DNA of 64,000 nt from a virus: the IMG/VR virus record IMGVR_UViG_3300045747_000454, positions 32,001 to 96,000 of that record; one strand, written 5' to 3'. The notes under the pieces were generated by a model. It ran no database searches, was not told where the DNA came from, and saw nothing but the letters and a program-made list of their open reading frames with translations. Both the position numbers and the translations under genes were made by a program. Each line of letters begins with the position of its first letter. Within the stretch, counting starts at the first letter, position 1. Shown one piece after another: positions 30,304-38,972 of the stretch.

Positions 30304-30849
30304 ATGACAGCACCCAAAAAGCACTGTTTCACGATCTATCACATCCCAGGTCTAAAGGTCGGATGTACTTCAAACTTCAAGAAGCGTCAGAAGGCGTATC
30401 CCGAAGGAACGATCTTCGAAGTGATTGAGGTTCTGGAAGGCATCTCAGAAGAAGCCGCAGGCAACCGCGAGTGGGAATGGGCGGATCACTATGGCTATCA
30501 GCGTGGCGGCTTCTACGCCAATCATTGGGGCAACCACATCACCGACGAAATGAAGTCGGTCCTCGGCAAGAAGGGCGGCAACGCCTTGGCAGCTCAAGGT
30601 CGCAAGTGGGGTCCGCAATCCGACGACCATCGCGAGAAGATCGGTGCTCCACAGCGTGGTGTGCCACGCAAGAAACACGATGCGGCATCCAAAGCCAATC
30701 TCGCCGCCAAGCTCAAGGGCGCAACAGTGTGGGTTGTGAAAGATCAATCCCCTGTGAAGGTACGAACTGAGGCTCTTCAAGACTACTTGTCTGCGGGCTA
30801 TCAGCGTGGTCGGAAACTCAAGTCGGGAGGTCATCATGACTGCGCCTAA
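30304..30849 (+). mobile_element. Free-standing homing endonuclease (GIY-YIG-like N-terminus, NUMOD3-like repeats)
   Basis: TIYHIPGLKVGCTSNFKKR...E; QSDDHREKIG and HDAASKANLA repeats; YLSAGYQRGR end. Confidence 0.7.
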
Positions 30850-31309
30850 GAAGATGGTCAAAGTTCGTAAGGAACGTTCGACTTCTACAAGAAATCACTA
30901 CGTCACCAACCAGCAGCTGATCGAGGCAATCGCTGAGGACAAGGCAAACGGCATGAAGCTTTCCAACAAGCTCGCCGGTTACCTGCACATGATCGCCGAG
31001 CGGTACTCATACAGCCCGTCGTTCGCCGGCTACTCCTTTCGCGAGGACATGGTCTCGGTCGCTGTGATGAACCTCGTCGCCAACTGGCACAAGTTCGATC
31101 CGGCAAAGTCCGACAACCCCTTCGCGTTCTACACGACGGCAGCCTATCGTTCGTTTCTGCAGTACCTTGCTGACGAGAAGAAGCATCGCGAGATTCGCGA
31201 CAACCTGCTCGTGAATGCTGGTGCCTCGCCGTCGTTCGCCTATCAGGACAAGACGAAGCCTGGTGCAACCCACGACGAAATGGCGTTCCGTTCCTCCTCG
31301 GAGGACTGA
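30836..31309 (+). CDS. Late-transcription sigma factor (T4 gp55-like)
   Basis: NHYVTNQQL...IAERYS..PSFAGYSFREDM...FDPAKSDNPFAFYTT; GGAGG RBS before ATG 30836; adjacent to gp47/gp46. Confidence 0.9.
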   Translation: MTAPKKMVKVRKERSTSTRNHYVTNQQLIEAIAEDKANGMKLSNKLAGYLHMIAERYSYSPSFAGYSFREDMVSVAVMNLVANWHKFDPAKSDNPFAFYTTAAYRSFLQYLADEKKHREIRDNLLVNAGASPSFAYQDKTKPGATHDEMAFRSSSED

Positions 31310-31314
31310 TCAAC

Positions 31315-32382
31315 ATGGCGAAGATTCACACCGCCCGGGTTAGGGGCGAGATCACCAAGCTGGCGATGTTCACGGACATTCACTGGGGCGCTCGCAACAA
31401 CTCTGACCAGCACAACCTCGACAACCTCGACTACATCGATTGGTTCATCGAGCGCGCCAAGGAGGAGAAGCCGAGCCACATCGCCTTTCTCGGCGACTGG
31501 TTCGAGAATCGCAACGCCATCAACGTGCGCACGCTGAACCACGCCACTGAGGGTGCTCGCCGTCTGAACGCGCTCGGCATTCCAATCATCTTCATCGTCG
31601 GCAATCACGATCTGTACCATCGGTCGAATCGCAAGATCTTCAGCACGAACATGTTCGACGATCTTGAGAACTTCACCGTCATCAGCGAGCCAACTCGCCT
31701 GTCCAAGGACTGGTTCGTCGCACCGTTTCTGTTTCGTGACGAGTACCCAACCTTCACCGAGGATCTGAACAACTCGAAGTTCGTGCTTGGTCACTTCGAG
31801 TTTCGCAACTTCGTCGTGACGGGTGCGACGCGCGTGATGGAGCACGGACCAGACGCTGAGCTGTTCTCAGGTCCCAAGTACATCTTCTCTGGGCACTTTC
31901 ACAAGCGGCAGCACAATCGCAACATCGTCTACATCGGCAACACGTTCCCGACGAACTACGGCGATGCTGGCGACAATCAGCGTGGCTGCGCTGTGTTCGA
32001 CGTCGAGAACGATGACGTCTACTTTCACGACTGGGAGGGTGCACCGCTGTTCTTCAAGACAAAGCTGACGCACATTCTCGCCGGTGAGGTGGAGTGGGCG
32101 CCGAAGTCGCGCGTGCGCTGCACGCTTGACATGGACATCGGCTACAGCGACGTGCAAGCGCTGAAGGAGGAGATGATCAAGACCTACGAGCTGCGCGAGT
32201 TCTCGGTAGAAGAGGACATCATCGCTCGCAAGGGACTGCTCAGCGAGGGTCTCGAGCTCGACACTGAGCTCGACATGTCGTCGCTCGATAGCACGGTTCG
32301 ACAGCTCATCAATGAGGGCGTCGCACCATCACCAACCATCGACCCGCAAGTGCTGGTCAAACTGTATGAGGAGCTAGGATGA
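31315..32382 (+). CDS. Recombination nuclease (gp47/Mre11/SbcD-like)
   Basis: Metallophosphoesterase motifs DIHWG, LGDWF, VGNHD, GHFE, SGHFH. Confidence 0.93.
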   Translation: MAKIHTARVRGEITKLAMFTDIHWGARNNSDQHNLDNLDYIDWFIERAKEEKPSHIAFLGDWFENRNAINVRTLNHATEGARRLNALGIPIIFIVGNHDLYHRSNRKIFSTNMFDDLENFTVISEPTRLSKDWFVAPFLFRDEYPTFTEDLNNSKFVLGHFEFRNFVVTGATRVMEHGPDAELFSGPKYIFSGHFHKRQHNRNIVYIGNTFPTNYGDAGDNQRGCAVFDVENDDVYFHDWEGAPLFFKTKLTHILAGEVEWAPKSRVRCTLDMDIGYSDVQALKEEMIKTYELREFSVEEDIIARKGLLSEGLELDTELDMSSLDSTVRQLINEGVAPSPTIDPQVLVKLYEELG

Positions 32383-32573
32383 TTCGCTCACGCCAACCAA
32401 AGGTCGACCTCACGATCAAGAATCCAATCGAGCAGGCCGTCGTTGACCTGACCTGGGACACTTCACCGAGCCTGTCTATTTCGATCGGTCAGCTCATGTG
32501 GAATGATGAGCTTCAGAGCTTTCACATCTGGATCGGCGACAAGTGGGTGCAGGTCTCTGGACACTCGCTGTGA
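32379..32573 (+). CDS. Hypothetical protein (64 aa)
   Basis: ATGA overlap with the gp47 stop. Confidence 0.55.
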   Translation: MIRSRQPKVDLTIKNPIEQAVVDLTWDTSPSLSISIGQLMWNDELQSFHIWIGDKWVQVSGHSL

Positions 32574-32716
32574 GATTCGACACGGTCTTCTTCATGACGC
32601 TCGGCAATCGGTGGTTCACGCTGACGCTGAGCGTCTCGCGAGCGTGGCGCTCATTGTTTCTGACTCGTGAGCAGAAGCGCCTACAAACCATCGCCGGCAT
32701 TCGGAACAAACAATGA
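32570..32716 (+). CDS. Hypothetical protein (48 aa, not in ORF track)
   Basis: GTG start overlaps the previous stop and its TGA overlaps the gp46 ATG; MRFDTVFFMTLGNRWFTL... Confidence 0.5.
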   Translation: MRFDTVFFMTLGNRWFTLTLSVSRAWRSLFLTREQKRLQTIAGIRNKQ

Positions 32717-34452
32717 CCTCAACGCTCAAGTTCAAAACCATCTCGATCAAGAACTTCATGTCGATGGGCAACAGCCCGTCGGAGATTGATCTTGACGAGC
32801 AGGGCACCGTCACCATCACTGGCGAGAACATCGACCGTGGTGGCAGCAACGGCGCTGGCAAGACGACGATCATCAACGCCCTGTGCTACGCCATCTATAA
32901 CAAGGCGTTCGACAACATCACGCTGCAGCGCCTGATCAACACGACCAACGCGACGAAGAACACGCAGATGGAAGTTCGGCTGACGTTCGAGAAGGACGGC
33001 TTCGACTACGAGGTCTTCCGTGCTCGTGGCTCCGAGTACAAGATCGAGATTCTGCGCGACGGCGAGGACATCACGCCGGGCAAGGGTGCGATCGAGTGCG
33101 ACGCGCTGCTCGTCGACATCATCGGCATCAGCTACGAACTCTTCACCAAGACGATCATCTTCTCTGGCAACTCGCCAGCCTTTCTGCAGCTGCCGCTGTT
33201 CCAGCAGCGCAATCAGATCGAGGAGCTGTTCAACATCACGATGCTGTCCGAGAAGGCAACGCTGCTGAAGGAGCAGATCAAGACAACCGAAGGCGACATT
33301 AAGGTCGCTGAGGCGGTGATCAAGCAGCAGGAGGGTGCCGTTGAGCTGCATCGCAAGCACGTCGCCGAGGCGCACGCGCGAGTCGAGCGATTCGAGCGCA
33401 ATCGCGTTGACACGATTCAGGAGATTGAGGACACGCTGCAGATCGTTGGCAAGGTTGACTTCGACCTTGAGAAGGCGCTGCACGCCGAGCGCAGCTCACT
33501 CAAGCAAGAGGGCGCCTATCTCGCCGCCAAGCTTGCTCCGCTCCGCAAGGACAAGACGCAGCTCGAGAAGGATGTGAACAAGTTGATCGCCGAGCACGAG
33601 CATCTCGCCGACGCGCGCTGCCCGTACTGCACGCAGACGTTCCCAGATGCGCCAGTGAAGCTCGCCAAGGTCGACGCTGACATCACCACGAAGGGCGACA
33701 AGCTGCTCGAGGTCGAGACGAGCGTCGAAGCGCTGACCACCGACTCGACCGAGAAGCAGCGTCGACTGAAGGAGGTCGAGACGCTCATTCAGTATCAGGA
33801 GCTCGATGAGCTGCTCGAAGCTCGTGACAACGCCACTCAGCTGCGCAAGAAGGCGGACGAGCTGCGCACTGCCGTGAACCCACACGTTGAGGCGCACGAG
33901 AAGCTGGCTGCCGAGAAGACCGGCACCGTCGACTATCTGAAGGCCGACGGTCTGCGTCGCAAGCTCGACCATCAGCAGTTCCTGCTGAAGCTGCTCACGG
34001 ACAAGAACTCGTTCCTGCGTCGTCGCATCATCAATCGCTCGATTCCATTCCTCAACAACAGGTTGAACCACTTCACCAACGCGCTGGGTCTGCCACACAT
34101 CGTCAAGTTCGATGCCGACATGTCCTGCACCGTAGCCGAGTTCGGTCGAGAGCTCGACTTCGGCAACCTGTCCGCTGGCGAGAAGAAGCGCCTGAACACG
34201 GCGATGGCGCTCGCCTTCCGTGACGTGCTGCATCATCTGCACGCCAAGACGAACCTGCTGATGATTGACGAGCTCGACGGCGCTCTGGATCAAGAGGGCA
34301 TCGACAGCATCGTGCGCATTTTGAAGGAGAAGAGTCGTGATGAGGAGCTGTCCGTCTTCGTCATCTCACACCACCCAAGCATCGCTGGGCGGTTAGATCA
34401 CAATCTCATTGTCCGTAAGGAGTCTGGGTTCAGCTTCGTAGTACTGGAGTGA
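32713..34452 (+). CDS. Recombination ATPase (gp46/Rad50/SbcC-like)
   Basis: Walker A NGAGKTT, CPYC zinc hook, LSAGEKKR signature, LLMIDELDGALD Walker B, ISH. Confidence 0.95.
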   Translation: MTSTLKFKTISIKNFMSMGNSPSEIDLDEQGTVTITGENIDRGGSNGAGKTTIINALCYAIYNKAFDNITLQRLINTTNATKNTQMEVRLTFEKDGFDYEVFRARGSEYKIEILRDGEDITPGKGAIECDALLVDIIGISYELFTKTIIFSGNSPAFLQLPLFQQRNQIEELFNITMLSEKATLLKEQIKTTEGDIKVAEAVIKQQEGAVELHRKHVAEAHARVERFERNRVDTIQEIEDTLQIVGKVDFDLEKALHAERSSLKQEGAYLAAKLAPLRKDKTQLEKDVNKLIAEHEHLADARCPYCTQTFPDAPVKLAKVDADITTKGDKLLEVETSVEALTTDSTEKQRRLKEVETLIQYQELDELLEARDNATQLRKKADELRTAVNPHVEAHEKLAAEKTGTVDYLKADGLRRKLDHQQFLLKLLTDKNSFLRRRIINRSIPFLNNRLNHFTNALGLPHIVKFDADMSCTVAEFGRELDFGNLSAGEKKRLNTAMALAFRDVLHHLHAKTNLLMIDELDGALDQEGIDSIVRILKEKSRDEELSVFVISHHPSIAGRLDHNLIVRKESGFSFVVLE

Positions 34453-34460
34453 GATAAATA
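34453..34460 (+). promoter_or_regulatory. Late promoter (GATAAATA)
   Basis: TAAATA core before 34483. Confidence 0.65.
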
Positions 34461-34482
34461 GCGCATTGACTCAAGGACTCAC

Positions 34483-34950
34483 ATGAAACTCAACGAACTC
34501 TATGGCACCCGCCTGAATGAAGCTGAAGCGATCGAGGTCAAGAAGGCTGGCGACATCTGGAAGGATGCGTCTGACGGCTCGAAGACCTTCATTGCGAACA
34601 CCGTCTACGATGTTCGCAAGATCGATGGCGGTGCTAAGTACGAGGTCTCCACCGAGGTTGGCACCGAGCGCAAGCCGTTCACGAAGCTTGACAAGGCTGG
34701 GCTCGACGCTGCGTTCACGCCAACGCACCCGAAGCAAACGCCAGACGCAGAAGGCTACACGCAGTACCGCAAGACGGACGAGATCGAAGCGATCAAGTAC
34801 GACCAAGACACGCTCAAGGTCGACCTTGGCGATGGCACCAACGTGCTGCTCAGCAAGGGCGATTACCTGATTCGCAAGGCGACTGGCGACACCTTCACCT
34901 ACGAGGTCAAGAAGGCCAAGGACTTCGAGGTCAACTACGCTGCAAAGTGA
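34483..34950 (+). CDS. Putative internal head protein, PGDYG-like C-terminal half
   Basis: MKLNELY..RLNE N-terminus; YRK..EIEA...KGDYLIR...Y.V....F..NY pattern; own late promoter. Confidence 0.55.
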   Translation: MKLNELYGTRLNEAEAIEVKKAGDIWKDASDGSKTFIANTVYDVRKIDGGAKYEVSTEVGTERKPFTKLDKAGLDAAFTPTHPKQTPDAEGYTQYRKTDEIEAIKYDQDTLKVDLGDGTNVLLSKGDYLIRKATGDTFTYEVKKAKDFEVNYAAK

Positions 34951-34965
34951 GCGCGGTTTAGGACG

Positions 34966-34973
34966 AGTAAATA
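34966..34973 (+). promoter_or_regulatory. Late promoter (AGTAAATA)
   Basis: TAAATA core before the resolvase. Confidence 0.55.
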
Positions 34974-34995
34974 GCTCCATTCACTTGGAGCTACA

Positions 34996-35544
34996 ATGGC
35001 AGAAGAAAAGACAAAGCGCAAGATGCGCCCTGGCGGTGGCAAAGCAAAGGGCGGTGCGTTCGAAGCGCGCATCGCCAAGGCGCTCTCCGCAGCGCTGCCA
35101 CTCAACTTCATCAAGTCGCCTGGTTCAGGCGCTCGCATCGGCGGCAAGAACTTCGCCACCATCGGCAAGCTGATGGGTGAGGAGGCGATGAAGCTGTTCA
35201 ACGCTGACGTCGTGCCAGTCAATGAATCGGCGACTGGCATTCACTTTCGCTTCAGCGTTGAGTGCAAGTGCTACGCCACTCCAGACAACTTCGTGTCGCT
35301 CGTCAGCGGCACGGCGAACGTCTTCAAGTGGTTTGGCGAATCTGTGGTTGACTCGGCAAAGATTGAGCGCCTACCGATTCTGATCTTCAAGTGGAACGCC
35401 ACGAAGGTCTTCGTCGCAGTTCGTCACGACACCTTCACTGGAGTCGAACCGAAGCTGCACCTCTCCAATAGCACCTCCGACCTCGACATCTACGAGTTCG
35501 ACGAGCTGCTCAAGCTTCCAGACCTCTGGATCAACCGAACCTAA
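34996..35544 (+). CDS. Holliday junction resolvase (PD-(D/E)xK family)
   Basis: KAKGGAFEARIAK...PGSGA...ADVV...SVECK. Confidence 0.8.
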   Translation: MAEEKTKRKMRPGGGKAKGGAFEARIAKALSAALPLNFIKSPGSGARIGGKNFATIGKLMGEEAMKLFNADVVPVNESATGIHFRFSVECKCYATPDNFVSLVSGTANVFKWFGESVVDSAKIERLPILIFKWNATKVFVAVRHDTFTGVEPKLHLSNSTSDLDIYEFDELLKLPDLWINRT

Positions 35545-35551
35545 GAACAAC

Positions 35552-36136
35552 ATGACAGAAACAACTCTCCCACGCTGGGACGTAAAACGGGACGCCCATC
35601 GCCCACACGGGTTCAGCGACCTACTGCCAATCATGGCGCACCACTATCGAACCATCGAGGCGCTCCACGCCTTTCTTGGTCCGTACAACGCTCGTCAGCG
35701 CAACTCGAATCGTCCGTACCTACCACCTGACAAGGAGACGCTGAAGCAGCTCGTCAAGCAGGGCGGCATGAACGACTTCTCGTATCAAGCGCTGATCAAC
35801 GGCGTCATTCGGTTCTGCGAGCACACGAAGGGTCGTCGTGGTCTGCCCGAACCGCACCCATCCACGATCCACAGCATTCAGCTTCCACAACCTGCCTTTG
35901 AGCTCACGAACGGTTCGCCGGGGTGTACAATGGTCAACATCGCAGGAGCGGAAGAGCCCATTGAAGTTCAGGCAATCACCGGCGACTTTCGGTTCATCAT
36001 CGTTCGTCCCAAGCTTTCACAGCTCGGCACGGCATCGGCGACGAACTGGGAGGTGCTGTTCTTCCGTCACCCACACGGCTACATTCCCGATTGGGCTGAC
36101 TCAACCCTCAACCCACGCTGGTCAGGCAAGTTCTAA
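35552..36136 (+). CDS. Hypothetical protein (194 aa)
   Basis: ORF with phage-typical codon use, co-oriented in the operon. Confidence 0.6.
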   Translation: MTETTLPRWDVKRDAHRPHGFSDLLPIMAHHYRTIEALHAFLGPYNARQRNSNRPYLPPDKETLKQLVKQGGMNDFSYQALINGVIRFCEHTKGRRGLPEPHPSTIHSIQLPQPAFELTNGSPGCTMVNIAGAEEPIEVQAITGDFRFIIVRPKLSQLGTASATNWEVLFFRHPHGYIPDWADSTLNPRWSGKF

Positions 36137-36145
36137 GGAGATTCC

Positions 36146-36346
36146 ATGCTCGTACAATTCACACCAATCGCACAACTCCCACCCGACGTCGCAGCTCGCC
36201 TTCGGTCGCATCTTGCCTCGCTGCCGCTGCGCATGGACGACTCGCCGCTGCTCTTCGAGGGCTTTCACCTGCTGGCGAGAGACGTCATGTTGGTTCAGCG
36301 CGTCGCGAAGAACGCTTCGTCATCGTCAACCGCACTGTTCGGCTGA
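36146..36346 (+). CDS. Hypothetical protein (66 aa)
   Basis: AAGGAG RBS before the ATG. Confidence 0.55.
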   Translation: MLVQFTPIAQLPPDVAARLRSHLASLPLRMDDSPLLFEGFHLLARDVMLVQRVAKNASSSSTALFG

Positions 36347-36348
36347 TC

Positions 36349-36612
36349 ATGAGCGCCAAGAAAGCAAAGCTGCTTCGCCGAGTGGCGCTCGGACTCGCCG
36401 TGCAGGCTGAGGAAGCTGGTCGCAAGATCGATGCGCGCGGCACCGAGACTGTCGACGTCGGCCCATCCGGCCCATCCAGCATGATCAGCTCGGACCCTGG
36501 CGGCTGGCGCCGGCCAGCAGAGTTCGACCCGTTTCGAGGGCGCGTGATGGTCGTCAATCGGCGCGACACCTACCGTGGCATCGTCCGCGAGCTCAAGAAG
36601 GGCATGAAGTGA
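36349..36612 (+). CDS. Hypothetical basic protein (87 aa)
   Basis: Tightly packed ORF, MSAKKAKLLRR...RELKK. Confidence 0.55.
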   Translation: MSAKKAKLLRRVALGLAVQAEEAGRKIDARGTETVDVGPSGPSSMISSDPGGWRRPAEFDPFRGRVMVVNRRDTYRGIVRELKKGMK

Positions 36613-37844
36613 CGCTCTACAAGGTGGCTTCAACCAAGCCACTTGATCATGACGACCCACTCCACTGGTCTCGCTTCTACCCTGACAAGCAGCGCCATCA
36701 TCACGGCACGATGGCGAGACGGCAGGACCTCATTCTCTATCTCGCCAACCTGCACGCTCGAGCTCTTGACTCTGGTATGCCATTGGGCATGATTCGCATT
36801 CCGATTCGCCTGACCTCGCTGCGTCAGTGGGTGCGAGACTATCGTCCAGTGCTCGACGCCTTCTTTGAGGTCGACCAGCTCGGCTACAATCTCGGCGATG
36901 CTGACTTTGAGCTGAGCACGCTGATACCACGTAACGTCGTCAATGGTAAGCGCAAGGCGTCTGATGCTGCGCGCGAGCTCGTCTACGTTCCGCCAGAGCG
37001 CGTCGAGACCGAAACGGTGACGAAGGTCTTCATTCAACAGCAGAATCGTGACGTCATTCTCAAGACGCTGGCGCTGACGAATCGCCTCGACCTGCGAGCG
37101 CCAGTCGAGTTTCTGCTGAGCGAACCAGAGTTCAACTTTCACTTCATTCGGGCAGGACGCCTTCAACAGCGCGACACGTCCGTCTGGCCAGTCGCGGCTG
37201 TTGAGACGTGGCCATCGTGGCTTCGTGAGTGGCTCTTCGGGCGTGGTGTCGACATCGACGCAGCGTACACGCAGTTTCTGCTCGAGCAGCTCAATCTCGT
37301 CTACGCTGACAAGCCACACCTCGTCAACATGCTGTTCCCAGATATCGTGCAGTCGCTGCACCACAAATCTGAGTGGCGAGCGAAGCTCTGCATGGAGACG
37401 CTTGGATTGCCGTGGAACGATGACAACATCGGCGTGGTCAAGCGAATCTGCATGAGTCTTGCCAACGGCAGTCGCATCAGTCCGGCGATTCTGTCAGGCG
37501 GTCGAGCGTACAGCGTCACCGCTGACATCGTGGTGGCAGCAACCGACGATGTCAGTCTGCTGAACTTCGAGCGCATTGGCACTCGATTGAAGTACATCGC
37601 CGAGCAGTACGCCACAGCGCGCAAGGTTATCTGCACGGGGTTGCAGCATCGACAAGCATCACGCGAGAATCAGAAGGAGATCTTCGGGTCGTACTTCGCG
37701 TGGGAGCGAGACGCTCGCTACAAGATCTGGGAGGAGTGTGGCAAGTGTGGCATCATGGTTCACGATGGGATCGACGGCGTTCCACAAGAGTACCTCGACC
37801 GAATGCCTGAGATCATGCGCAAGCTCGGAATTCTGTTGAGCTAA
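36609..37844 (+). CDS. Divergent family-A polymerase / single-subunit RNA polymerase-like palm protein (411 aa)
   Basis: Motif A-like GVDIDAAYTQ, motif B-like VVKRICMSLANG, motif C-like IMVHDGI in the expected order. Confidence 0.5.
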   Translation: MTLYKVASTKPLDHDDPLHWSRFYPDKQRHHHGTMARRQDLILYLANLHARALDSGMPLGMIRIPIRLTSLRQWVRDYRPVLDAFFEVDQLGYNLGDADFELSTLIPRNVVNGKRKASDAARELVYVPPERVETETVTKVFIQQQNRDVILKTLALTNRLDLRAPVEFLLSEPEFNFHFIRAGRLQQRDTSVWPVAAVETWPSWLREWLFGRGVDIDAAYTQFLLEQLNLVYADKPHLVNMLFPDIVQSLHHKSEWRAKLCMETLGLPWNDDNIGVVKRICMSLANGSRISPAILSGGRAYSVTADIVVAATDDVSLLNFERIGTRLKYIAEQYATARKVICTGLQHRQASRENQKEIFGSYFAWERDARYKIWEECGKCGIMVHDGIDGVPQEYLDRMPEIMRKLGILLS

Positions 37845-37885
37845 CACCAGCCGCGCACATTTAATAGCATTAGTTGCCAAATAAG

Positions 37886-37909
37886 GAATGGGACCGCTCG
37901 GTCCCATTC
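37886..37909 (-). terminator. Hairpin terminator between convergent genes
   Basis: GAATGGGACC-GAGC-GGTCCCATTC perfect 10-bp stem followed by CTTATTT on the minus strand. Confidence 0.7.
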
Positions 37910-37912
37910 GGG

Positions 37913-38137
37913 TCAGTACACCGGATACGGACTCTTCTTCTGACCCTCAAGCCGCTCGTTCACGAATTGAATCGCGATGTCGCGCTCCAACGGCGACATG
38001 TTCAGCGCCGTCTCGTACTGAATCGAACCACGAGAGAACCAAGCGATCTCCACCGCTTGCTTGAGCAGATTACGAACGTCAACACCCATTGAGTTGATCA
38101 TGGCGGCGATTCTGCTCGTATCGCCTGACATGATCAT
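37913..38137 (-). CDS. gp51-like hub/tail assembly chaperone (possibly the -1 frameshift extension of the upstream gene)
   Basis: AWFSRGSIQYETALNMSPLERDIAIQFV resembles gp51/GT-type domains; in the -1 frame relative to the gp26-like gene. Confidence 0.65.
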   Translation of the reverse strand: MIMSGDTSRIAAMINSMGVDVRNLLKQAVEIAWFSRGSIQYETALNMSPLERDIAIQFVNERLEGQKKSPYPVY

Positions 38138-38910
38138 TCGGTGAAAAAAGAGATTGGGTTTAGCGGCAGCTCGACGGTCATGTCGCCGCCGCAGTCCTTG
38201 CACACGAGCGTTGTCGTCTGCGCCGGACCCCAGTCGTTCGTCCGATCAATCGCTTCGGTGATGCGATTGTGAAACGGCCCAGACGCAGCCCGAACCCACT
38301 CTTCGATCAGCTTCTTATCGCTGATGCCGTCGATGTCGCTGATGATAGAGGTCAAGTTGAACACAAGGTTCTTCTTGAGATCATCTGGCGTAAAGTCGGT
38401 CTTGTTGGCGTTCAGATGGAACAGCTTGATCATGTGATCGAATTTGATCGGGTGAACTCGAACGACCTGCCCGTTCGGCATCACGGCGATGAACTTCTCA
38501 TCCGCCACCGTCGGGTCGAGAGTCTTCATGTTCTGAATCGCCGTCTCGATGTTGACCAGGTACGAGTGCTCCTTGGCGCCCTCGCAGGTGTGCGTCACGC
38601 TGATCGCGAACTCAGGACCGTAGGTCACCAACCGCAGAAAGTACATGATGGCGTCGATGTCACGCCCATACAGCTCGGTCGGCTTCTTGATCTCTGGGAT
38701 GCACTCGGCAAACACGGCTTCGATTGCCTTGCCGTTGAACAGCAGATCAGGATTCTTCAGCGTGATCTCAGCGATCGCCGACAGTGGGTGAACGTGAACC
38801 TCGCCCTCAGTGCTTGACAGCTCACCGCTGGTGTAGAGAGCGCCGGCGGATGGCAGCTGAAAGGTTCGACCGGGCAGCTTGAGCTTTGCGAGCAGGGGAT
38901 TGACTTCCAT
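38134..38910 (-). CDS. Baseplate hub / tail assembly chaperone (gp26-like)
   Basis: NPLL...QLPSAG..Y, RLVTYG, HTC, CKDCG and a C-terminal NPISFF; start at ATG 38910. Confidence 0.8.
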   Translation of the reverse strand: MEVNPLLAKLKLPGRTFQLPSAGALYTSGELSSTEGEVHVHPLSAIAEITLKNPDLLFNGKAIEAVFAECIPEIKKPTELYGRDIDAIMYFLRLVTYGPEFAISVTHTCEGAKEHSYLVNIETAIQNMKTLDPTVADEKFIAVMPNGQVVRVHPIKFDHMIKLFHLNANKTDFTPDDLKKNLVFNLTSIISDIDGISDKKLIEEWVRAASGPFHNRITEAIDRTNDWGPAQTTTLVCKDCGGDMTVELPLNPISFFTE

Positions 38911-38925
38911 TGGAACTCCAGGTTG

Positions 38926-38952
38926 GATAAATAGCCTATGCCAGTATTTATC
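38926..38952. promoter_or_regulatory. Pair of opposed late promoters (GATAAATA on + at 38926, GATAAATA on - at 38945-38952)
   Basis: Two TAAATA cores on opposite strands serving the tape measure gene and the gp26-like gene. Confidence 0.65.
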
Positions 38953-38972
38953 GTCTTCGAACCGACACAAAA

